Shown here in pieces: positions 36,864 to 44,634 of a DNA stretch of 64,000 bases. The position numbers were made by a program, and so were the translations under genes. Under the pieces are notes generated by a model. That model was not told the DNA's origin, searched no databases, and worked only from the letters and a program-made list of their open reading frames with translations. The stretch lies in IMG/VR virus record IMGVR_UViG_3300045988_182866, one strand, 5' to 3'. Each line of letters begins with the position of its first letter. The stretch's first letter is position 1. This stretch comes from a virus.

Positions 36864-37547
36864 TTATATTTTTTTCTGAGAATGCTCATAACTTACTTGA
36901 GAATAATCATAAAGAGTACCATGAACTTTTCTTGCTTTCTGAATAAAATCTTCAGTCGTTACTAACTCTTTATTTCCACATTTTGGACAACCACACCCAT
37001 TAAGATGGGAATTAGGTGTTTGCTGAAATATATGTCCACACTTTTTACATTTAATTTTTACCTTAACTTTATTACCCTGGTAATCCACTTCAGAATAATC
37101 AAATTTATCACCGTGTACTTTACTAGCTTTTTCAATAAATTCTTTAGTTGTAGATTTATTGTTATTAGAGCAAAAAGGACATCCAAAACCTTTCATATGG
37201 CTTTGTGCCTGCTGTTCAAATATATGCCCACATTTTTTACATTTAATTTTTACTTTAAGCTTATTGCCTTGATAATCTACTTCAGAATAATCAAATTTAT
37301 TGCCATGAACTTTTTGGGACTTTTCAATAAATTCTTTAGTTGTTAGCTTCTTAACACCAGCACATTCTAAACATCCGCATCCCTGGACATGGCTATAAGC
37401 TTTTTGCTGAAAAGAACCGTGAATAGGACATATTATTGTTATGACATTATGAGCTCCTGTATAAAAAGTCTCAGAATAATCATATTTGTTTCCATGAACC
37501 TCTGTACATTCTTTAATAAATTGCTCATTTGATTTTAATTTTGCCAT
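36864..37547 (-). pseudogene. N-terminal fragment of the IS-disrupted homing-endonuclease-like gene (3.5 tandem zinc-ribbon modules).
   Basis: The module pattern HGxK(Y/F)DYSxVxY...K(V/I)xIxCxxHGxFxQ...H(L/M)xGxGCPxC recurs. The ORF ends mid-module at the IS insertion point. Confidence 0.7.
36960..37343. repeat. Tandem direct repeat, 2 x 192 bp, encoding duplicated zinc-ribbon modules.
   Basis: Residues 69-132 and 133-196 of the ORF are near-identical (TTKEFIEK(S/A)(Q/S)KVHG(N/D)KFDYSEVDYQGNK(L/V)KVKIKCKKCGHIF...). Confidence 0.7.
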
Positions 37548-37588
37548 TTATTTTCATTTCGGAAACTCCTGAAAAAATTAAGGTGAAA

Positions 37589-38149
37589 TTAATCTTCTGA
37601 ATCTTCTTCCGGTCTTACATAAATTGGAGCGTCTGCGCATTGAATAAGTTCCGGATATTTTACTTCCCTATATTTTTTAACTTTTTCAGCGTGCTTCTTT
37701 TCATTTTTTATGATTGCACAGAAGGACCAGTAACAGATTTGCGTCCAAAAACTGAAAGCCTTAGACCCATAATTCACACTCCATTTCTTCCCACGCAGTG
37801 CGGTCATACATTTAATGAGAGCACTTGAAATCATTTCATCTTTATAAGAATAACGGCTAAAGCTCGAAGACCTTGCTAAACCTTGCGCAATCTTAAGGAA
37901 ACATTCCGCGATGTAATTCATATTCGGTTTATCGCTGTCCTCAACTTCATAAAACCTTTTAATTGCCGCGTCAAATTTAGCCGAATCTACATAATAGTCC
38001 TCTTTTTTAGTCTTTCCTCGATTCTGAACAGTAATAAACGCCCTTTTCTTATTCGGATCATTCAGCATTTCACGCTTTTTATCCAAATCTTCAGGCGGAC
38101 GTGTTTTAGTAGAAGGCTGTACAAATTGTTCTTTATTAGCTTCAGTCAT
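37589..38149 (-). CDS. Putative late-transcription sigma factor, T4 gp55-like.
   Basis: Size is 186 aa. IAQGLARSSSFSRYSYKDEMI...FWTQICYWSF resembles the gp55 segment IAEGLSKRFNFSGYT...YITQACFNAF. It lies adjacent to the 46/47 homologs, as in T4. Confidence 0.5.
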   Translation of the reverse strand: MTEANKEQFVQPSTKTRPPEDLDKKREMLNDPNKKRAFITVQNRGKTKKEDYYVDSAKFDAAIKRFYEVEDSDKPNMNYIAECFLKIAQGLARSSSFSRYSYKDEMISSALIKCMTALRGKKWSVNYGSKAFSFWTQICYWSFCAIIKNEKKHAEKVKKYREVKYPELIQCADAPIYVRPEEDSED

Positions 38150-38172
38150 GTTAATTCAATTATAATACAACT

Positions 38173-39675
38173 TTAGGCCTTTAGGCCAATTATTTTAAAA
38201 GGAATCTTTTCTTGCTCATATAATTTGATACGTTCATCTCTATGCCTTAACGCATATTTTGTATTGGGAATTATATCGATAACCCGGGCAAGAGTTTTAT
38301 TTTCCTTTAAACGCAGTATTCGTCCGATGGATTGAATTATTCTTACATTGCTTTTTCCAATCAAACCAGGAAATACAATATTATGCAAATTTTTGATATT
38401 GATACCTGTTGAGAATATTGAAGCTTGAGCAATTAACAAAATATTGTTTTCTTTTTCCAATTGCTCCTTAATATCGGTTCGTTCTTCAATCGGCACCTCT
38501 CCTTGAATAAAGTAAACTTTTCTATTCGGATCGGCTTCTTTAAATTTTTGCAGAAGATTTTCCCCATGAATAATCCTATTGACCAAAATTAAAGTATTAT
38601 TGCTTAATTTTGAAACAATAGAAGTAATAGTTGAGTTAAACTGGTCATTATTGCTCAACCATTCGGTTTCTTCCATGAATCCAAAAGGCCTTTTAACACC
38701 TTCATCATCCAGGACATAAGTCGGAATATCATTTAATTGAATATTAATTCCAAAAGTTGAAACCTGCGTCAGGAATTTATCTTTTCTTAATTCTGCAGAA
38801 GGCAGTTCAAATCTTACAGGTCCAATTTTGCCTAAGATTGACCATTTGTCATGTTTATCATGTGGTAATGTACCTGTGAAGCCATATCTTAACTTAGCCG
38901 GAAGATCTGCGATAATCTTAGAAATTTTATTATTGGCCTTAATTGAATGAACTTCATCGATGATAATACAGTCAAATTTTTGTATCTCTTTTTTAAGGTC
39001 ATCATACTGGGCTCTGAGAATACTTGCTCCGCAAATAACGACTTGTGATTTCTTATCGAAAGGAATATTTGAAAACCATTTGGAAATAGAATATTTGAAA
39101 TTCTTTAAATGCGAAGAAATATCATTAAAAGTCTGATTGGCCAAATCAGGAAAAGGACAAACCAATAAAACTTTTCTGGCTAATTTATTCTTAAGAATAT
39201 TCCGGATTAATAATGCGCAGCATACTGTCTTGCCCGCTCCTGTTCCTAAAATATAAATACCGTTTTGCTTATTAAGGGCAATTTGCATCGATTCTTTTTG
39301 ATAAGGCCTGACTTCTGATCCTTTATCATCAATATAAATGTTCTTCGTATCAAGAACTAAATCATTGCTCTGAATATATTTTTTAATGCCGTCATCTAAT
39401 TTAAATTTAACAGAACGATCATAAAATGTATTCTTAACAAATGCAAGTATGTCTCGTAATAATCCGATTTCAAATTCACCGGACATTTTAATGCAAGATT
39501 TCTTAATATATTCTTTACTCGGTTGAATTTTGATGCCTTTTTGACGACATCTCTTGACATACATATGATTTCGTTCAACTGTAGAAAAATGATCTCTCAA
39601 TTGTTCATAAGCATCAAAGTACTCAAATATAATCCTACCAAGATTATTTGATGTTCTGTTGATTTCGATAATCAT
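38173..39675 (-). CDS. Superfamily-2 DExH-box helicase (possibly UvsW-like).
   Basis: Motif I reads LGTGAGKT, motif II IIDEVH, motif III GFTGT, motif VI QSIGRILR. Size is 500 aa. Confidence 0.75.
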   Translation of the reverse strand: MIIEINRTSNNLGRIIFEYFDAYEQLRDHFSTVERNHMYVKRCRQKGIKIQPSKEYIKKSCIKMSGEFEIGLLRDILAFVKNTFYDRSVKFKLDDGIKKYIQSNDLVLDTKNIYIDDKGSEVRPYQKESMQIALNKQNGIYILGTGAGKTVCCALLIRNILKNKLARKVLLVCPFPDLANQTFNDISSHLKNFKYSISKWFSNIPFDKKSQVVICGASILRAQYDDLKKEIQKFDCIIIDEVHSIKANNKISKIIADLPAKLRYGFTGTLPHDKHDKWSILGKIGPVRFELPSAELRKDKFLTQVSTFGINIQLNDIPTYVLDDEGVKRPFGFMEETEWLSNNDQFNSTITSIVSKLSNNTLILVNRIIHGENLLQKFKEADPNRKVYFIQGEVPIEERTDIKEQLEKENNILLIAQASIFSTGINIKNLHNIVFPGLIGKSNVRIIQSIGRILRLKENKTLARVIDIIPNTKYALRHRDERIKLYEQEKIPFKIIGLKA

Positions 39676-40437
39676 TATAATTCAATTATAACGTAAAATA
39701 TTCAAAATTGATCAAAAATTATTCAAATAATTTAATATTAATAACTTAAATTACACAATATTTATTTGATTTTAATATAATTTATTTAAATTTAATTAAT
39801 TATATCAAATATAATTGGTATACTGGTCTCGCGCGCGGGAGGAGAATACCAATTATATTTTAATTATATTCAATTATATTTTAATTATAATAAAATTATT
39901 TTGAAATTTATTTTCAAAATTTTAATTTTATTTTCAAATTTATTTTGAAATTTGAAACATACGAACTTATTAAGGGGTACGCGCGCGTACCCCACATAGC
40001 CCATTAGGGCAATATTCATAAGCGTGCAGCGCACGCTTTCTACTTTATATTTAATTAATTAAATATAAATAAATATTTATTTATATTTAAATTATAATAT
40101 AAAATATTAAAAATAATTTAAAATATTAAAAATTTTTTCTATGCGCGCCCGCGCCCGCACACACGCGCACACGAAATCACCGAGCGCTGTTTTGGAGGTT
40201 TAACCAAATAGATAATTGTCTAATCCGAATAAGATTTGAATAAGTACATTTATTATCAGGATCTCTTCGGTACTCTATGGATAATAAAAAACCAATCTGA
40301 CTTATAGAAATCAGATTGGTTTCGACAATTTATTTTTAAAATCTCCTGGAGAATTATTTTAAATTCTTTTACCCTCCAGGTAGTAAAGTACAAGCCTAAA
40401 AGTTTTTAAAATTTTCTAGATATTTTTTAGAATTAAA
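39676..40437. repeat. Long non-coding island of AT-rich perfect palindromes, direct iterons and three GC-rich CGCGCG-core elements; candidate replication origin or regulatory hub.
   Basis: No ORF is present. Perfect palindromes include ATAATTGGTAT...ATACCAATTAT, GGGGTACGCGCGCGTACCCC, AGCGTGC-AGC-GCACGCT, TATATTTAATTAATTAAATATA and AAATAAATATTTATTT. Direct repeats include AATTATATTTT and ATTTATTTTCAAA. Confidence 0.6.
40283..40322 (-). terminator. Rho-independent terminator for the minus-strand gene 40438..40836.
   Basis: The stem AAACCAATCTGA/TCAGATTGGTTT (12 bp) has a 10-nt loop. On the minus strand it is followed by TTTTTTATT. Confidence 0.6.
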
Positions 40438-40836
40438 TTACAGAACTTGAAGCTGCATGATCTCGACGATGTTCTTAACGTCATTCGTAATATAGGCGAA
40501 GATCTTTTCGACTTTATTCAAATATTCAACCAGCATCTTTTGATCTTCGATCTCTTGAGTAATTTCCTGCATAGGCTTGGTATTGGCAATAACATTTTTC
40601 ATAGAAGCAGTAGACATTTGAACCAATGGCTCCTGCTTTTCAAGGGCAGTTTTTTCAAGAGCTTTCTTCTTTCGTTCCAATCTATTGAGTTCCTGTGTTT
40701 CTAAAATCAGCTTTGTTACCCAATAATGTTTTCTTTGAGGAATTTCAAAAGATTTTTGCTGAATAACCATTTCATTTAATTTCAAATCTTCAGCAATTTC
40801 TTTTGAGTATTGTTCGAGTTTTTCTTGAGGTGTCAT
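40438..40836 (-). CDS. Hypothetical coiled-coil protein (132 aa).
   Basis: ORF track. The product is rich in charged residues and heptad-like. Confidence 0.45.
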   Translation of the reverse strand: MTPQEKLEQYSKEIAEDLKLNEMVIQQKSFEIPQRKHYWVTKLILETQELNRLERKKKALEKTALEKQEPLVQMSTASMKNVIANTKPMQEITQEIEDQKMLVEYLNKVEKIFAYITNDVKNIVEIMQLQVL

Positions 40837-40863
40837 GTCTTTAACTAATGTTATTATAACATC

Positions 40864-41301
40864 ATGAAGCTAAAAAGACATAAGGATATTGCCTCATTAT
40901 TCATTAACAAGAAAAAAGTTGAAGAAGACTGCGAAGGAATGACAGCAGGTTCTGTTTTAGCTCCTTCAGCCCAGGCGACTGGAGGAAATATTACAAATAC
41001 CGATTCGTATGCCCCAGGAGACAATAGAATTCCTAAGTCTTTATTCAAAACGAGGGTTATTAAACGAAAATATAAAGAAGAAGATGCTGAAGAATATCCT
41101 GAAATTCCGGCTGATTTCTTTACTGATAAGGAATGGGAAAAAATTGAAGAAGAGGCTGAAAGCCGTGGATGCAGTCCTTATGAAGTAGCTTATCGAGAAT
41201 ATAAAGCCAGAGGAGGAATGGACCAGGACCGCAAAATGACGGATATTGAAGTTCAAAAAGCATTTGATGAATTAAAATCGCATTTGGCGGATTATAATTG
41301 A
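40864..41301 (+). CDS. Hypothetical protein (145 aa).
   Basis: ORF track. Confidence 0.45.
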   Translation: MKLKRHKDIASLFINKKKVEEDCEGMTAGSVLAPSAQATGGNITNTDSYAPGDNRIPKSLFKTRVIKRKYKEEDAEEYPEIPADFFTDKEWEKIEEEAESRGCSPYEVAYREYKARGGMDQDRKMTDIEVQKAFDELKSHLADYN

Positions 41302-41762
41302 TTCCAATGAATCAAGATTTAGGTCATTGGGTTACTTCGATAGACATCCCTGAAGAAATATTCGGGTTTGTCTATCGAATTACCAATTTGGAAAATAATA
41401 AAATGTACATCGGTAAAAAACTTTGTACATCGGTTAAAAAGCTTCCTCCATTAAAAGGTAAAACAAGAAAAAGACATAAAAAAGTAGAAACAGATTGGAA
41501 AACTTATACCGGGTCTTCTCCGGAATTAAATGAAGATATTAAAAAATTAGGCAAAGATAAATTTAAATTCGAGATTATAAAATTTTGTACCTGTAAATGG
41601 GAATTGAGTTATTTTGAAGCAAAGGCCCAATTTGAAGAAGATGTTTTATTCAAGCAAGATGAATATTACAATGGTATAATCAATTTAAGAATTGGCCGTT
41701 CGCCAAAAGAAAGTCTTGAAAAATTTAATTTATGCCAATCGAATTTAAAATCCGGAATTTAA
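41298..41762 (+). CDS. Stand-alone GIY-YIG nuclease-domain protein (154 aa).
   Basis: FVYRITNLENNKMYIGKK has the canonical GIY-X10-YIG spacing. It is followed by a basic stretch and conserved E/N residues. Confidence 0.5.
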   Translation: MIPMNQDLGHWVTSIDIPEEIFGFVYRITNLENNKMYIGKKLCTSVKKLPPLKGKTRKRHKKVETDWKTYTGSSPELNEDIKKLGKDKFKFEIIKFCTCKWELSYFEAKAQFEEDVLFKQDEYYNGIINLRIGRSPKESLEKFNLCQSNLKSGI

Positions 41763-42226
41763 CTGTTATTGATTTGAATTGCTTATTTGATTCAGCTTTA
41801 TTTGAAGCCAACAAGTATGCTTTAGACAATGACATTAAAAGTTCAAAAGATATTTCTACGCTTTTTAAACATTTTACCTTTACAAAATTTTTAGATGTTT
41901 GCCAAAATTTTACTACTAAAAATATTCTTCTCTATTTTGAAGATCAATCCGATTTGCCAAAGGATTATTTTCTTATTTTAAAACTCCTGAAAAATAAAAT
42001 TAAATTTCCAACCATCATTTCCAATATCTCTATTAATGAATATCTGGCAATCATTTCTGATGATTCTCCAGAATTTGATGAAGTAATGGCTGAAAATTAT
42101 AATTTTAGTTTTATAGATCATTTTACTGATTTTAAAAATTATCTTAAGAAGTCAGGTCTTCTTTTCCTTAACAAGAAGTACCAGAATTTGACTGAAGTTA
42201 TCGGTCTTCTAATAGCATGTAAATAA
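41732..42226 (+). CDS. Hypothetical protein (164 aa).
   Basis: ORF track. Confidence 0.4.
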   Translation: MPIEFKIRNLTVIDLNCLFDSALFEANKYALDNDIKSSKDISTLFKHFTFTKFLDVCQNFTTKNILLYFEDQSDLPKDYFLILKLLKNKIKFPTIISNISINEYLAIISDDSPEFDEVMAENYNFSFIDHFTDFKNYLKKSGLLFLNKKYQNLTEVIGLLIACK

Positions 42227-42234
42227 AAATTATC

Positions 42235-42651
42235 ATGAATTCTAATTTATTCAAGACATTAGATACTTTAACAAAACAATATTTGATTAAAGAAGCTAAT
42301 GATGAAGACCTTCCTTTTCCTACTGGAGAAGAGGGAGATCAAGGCGATAAAGAAGTAGATGCTGAGGTTGAAATGGATATTAATGAGCCTCAAGCCGATG
42401 ATCCTACTGAAACTCCGGAAACTGGAGATATTCCTCAAAATGAAGAAGGAGCTTTTATTTCCGATACAAAGCTTGCAATGTTCGCTAATCTTCTTTTAAA
42501 AGCTTTCATGGCTCCTCCTTCTACTGATATTCCGGAGAATCTTCAAAATGTAACGGCAAACAATGCTAGCCAGGTTATCGCCTTTATTGAGTCTAGGATG
42601 AATCTTCAAAAGCCGACTAATAATATTGTTGATGACTTATCAAAAGTTTAA
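42235..42651 (+). CDS. Hypothetical acidic protein (138 aa).
   Basis: ORF track. The central region is rich in D and E. Confidence 0.4.
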   Translation: MNSNLFKTLDTLTKQYLIKEANDEDLPFPTGEEGDQGDKEVDAEVEMDINEPQADDPTETPETGDIPQNEEGAFISDTKLAMFANLLLKAFMAPPSTDIPENLQNVTANNASQVIAFIESRMNLQKPTNNIVDDLSKV

Positions 42652-42656
42652 AGGTT

Positions 42657-44597
42657 ATGCAAGAATTTACAAAAATTTTACAAAATATTGAGCTAATTCA
42701 GGAAGCTCAAAAAAGAAAAGATCCTGTTCTTAATGTAGTAACATTATTCAGTGGAATGGGAGCTCCGGAAATTGCCCTTGATAAATTGGGAGTCAAATAC
42801 AGGATTGTTCTGGCATCTGATATTGATCCAGAGGCTGAAGCAGTTTATAAGCAACTTCATGGTAAAAAACTTGCTAAAGGAAATGATTCATTTATTCCGA
42901 ATGTTTATGATGTTTTAGACCAGGTTGAACCTTCAAAGCTTAGCGCAGATGTTTTAATTGCAGGATTTTCTTGCCAGGCTTTTTCTTTATCTGGTAAACA
43001 ATATGGCATTTATTCTCGTCAAGTAAAACCTGAAGGATCCAATAAAAAATTTGTCGTCAATATTAAAAGGCATTTAACTGATATTAATGGAGATACTGCA
43101 ATCACTGTTAATAATGATGAATCTGATCCTTTACCTGAAGGACTTCCCGAAGGAACTAAAGTAACTATTTCTCCAGATTCTGACGGTAAGCTGGCATTTC
43201 AAACATTAAAGATTGCCCAAACATTAAAGCCAAAAGTTATTATTCTTGAAAATGTTTCTACTTTTGGCCAGGCTGATATTGAAGATGAAGATGAAGTTCC
43301 TTCTGAATTTATTACAGAAGAAAAAGAAATTAAAGTAATTCAATCCAGACTGGGACAATCTGGAAAAGTAGACATATCTGAAGGAGGTTATTTGAGACTC
43401 CTTGGAAAGATTTTCAATACTATTGGATATAGTTTTTATCCAATGTACCTTGATCCGACTTCTTATACTAATTCCGTAATTCGTCGTCCACGAATTTATA
43501 TCGTTGGTATTCGAAATGATATTGAAGCAGGAATTAATCCAAATAAATTAGAAGCTTTTGATGATAAGATGGCAACTAATTTTGGATTGAACACCACTAA
43601 ATCCGAAAAGGATTATCAAAAGCTTTTGGACAAAACTTTGAACTACATTATGAGTTCAAAGTATTCTCATGGCTATATGTCCAAAAATCCTCGAGAACTT
43701 GTTAAAGGTTTAGTCTCTAAATTTGGCATTAATAGATTTGCAGAAGCTACTGACTATATCTTTAATAAGCTTGTTAAAAATGGAAGTGTTGATCCCAGAA
43801 ACCTTCAATTAAATCAATTTCAGTATGATTCTAATGTTATTGATAAAGAATTTAATGATCCTCAGGTTATTAAATTCTTCAAGAAAATCAGAAGCGAACA
43901 GCAACCTGTAATTTTGGATGTATCTGAAAAAAGCGATACTGTTGATTATCTTTCTACTGTTTTAGCGGAAGGTATTTCTGGTTATTTTGAAGAATATAGC
44001 GGTAAATTTACTATTGATAATCCGCAAGGTGAATTAAATTTAGACTTTGGAACTAAACCCGCAAAACCAAAGGTTAAGAAAGAAAAACCATTGGTTCAGG
44101 GTGAATTGGATCTTGACTATGGGGAAGATCCTTTGGGACAAGTAGTTCAAGAAGCTTTAGGAAAATATAATAATCAAAAAGTTGATGAAATTGCTATTAA
44201 GAAATTTAAAGAAATCATTGCTAAGAAGTTATTGACCCAATTTCTTTTAAATTCTTATAATAAACGTAATTTAAGTTATATTCCTACAATTCTCAAGAAT
44301 TCATCTATTCCTATGAAAGTCGGAGGAGTTGGCAATGCAAACTACTTTATTCTTCGTAATAAATCCGGACAGTTTAGCTGGGGATATATTCATCCGGCAA
44401 TTTTGATGAAGTTGATGGGAATGTATTATAATTCAAGTTCCGGAGATGATTCAATTTATCAAAGTATAGCAAAAACAAAACTTACAAATGGCCGTCCGAT
44501 TTCAGTTAATGGAATTATTCGACGAATTGGTAATTCAATGAGTGTAACAGTTCTTGAAAAATTATTCAAATCGCTAATTTCAATGAAAGCCCTATGA
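42657..44597 (+). CDS. DNA (cytosine-5)-methyltransferase with an unusually long variable (target-recognition) region (646 aa).
   Basis: Motif I reads LFSGMGAPE. Motif IV reads GFSCQAFSLSGK, the catalytic Cys in an SCQ context. Motif VI reads ILENV. Motif VIII reads RRPRIYIVG. Motif X reads RIGNSMSVTV. About 330 aa separate motifs VIII and IX. Confidence 0.85.
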   Translation: MQEFTKILQNIELIQEAQKRKDPVLNVVTLFSGMGAPEIALDKLGVKYRIVLASDIDPEAEAVYKQLHGKKLAKGNDSFIPNVYDVLDQVEPSKLSADVLIAGFSCQAFSLSGKQYGIYSRQVKPEGSNKKFVVNIKRHLTDINGDTAITVNNDESDPLPEGLPEGTKVTISPDSDGKLAFQTLKIAQTLKPKVIILENVSTFGQADIEDEDEVPSEFITEEKEIKVIQSRLGQSGKVDISEGGYLRLLGKIFNTIGYSFYPMYLDPTSYTNSVIRRPRIYIVGIRNDIEAGINPNKLEAFDDKMATNFGLNTTKSEKDYQKLLDKTLNYIMSSKYSHGYMSKNPRELVKGLVSKFGINRFAEATDYIFNKLVKNGSVDPRNLQLNQFQYDSNVIDKEFNDPQVIKFFKKIRSEQQPVILDVSEKSDTVDYLSTVLAEGISGYFEEYSGKFTIDNPQGELNLDFGTKPAKPKVKKEKPLVQGELDLDYGEDPLGQVVQEALGKYNNQKVDEIAIKKFKEIIAKKLLTQFLLNSYNKRNLSYIPTILKNSSIPMKVGGVGNANYFILRNKSGQFSWGYIHPAILMKLMGMYYNSSSGDDSIYQSIAKTKLTNGRPISVNGIIRRIGNSMSVTVLEKLFKSLISMKAL

Positions 44598-44599
44598 TT

Positions 44600-44632
44600 A
44601 AAAACCCGAAGGATTTAATCCTTCGGGTTTTT
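44600..44632. terminator. Bidirectional rho-independent terminator, near-identical to the one at 24334-24366.
   Basis: AAACCCGAAGGA-TTTAA-TCCTTCGGGTTT lies between convergent genes. Confidence 0.7.
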
Positions 44633-44634
44633 CT

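Noticed and set aside
14368-39675. Site-specific invertase or integrase within the replication module that could drive the fibre inversion.
   Set aside because: No ORF in the window shows serine-recombinase (GYxRVS...) or tyrosine-recombinase (R..H..R..Y) signatures. The recombinase, if any, lies outside the window or in the host.
39676-40437. CRISPR array or tRNA in the palindromic island.
   Set aside because: The repeats are short AT palindromes and iterons of irregular spacing, not repeat-spacer units. No cloverleaf with a T-loop GTTCRANYC could be drawn from the GC islands. No cas genes are present.
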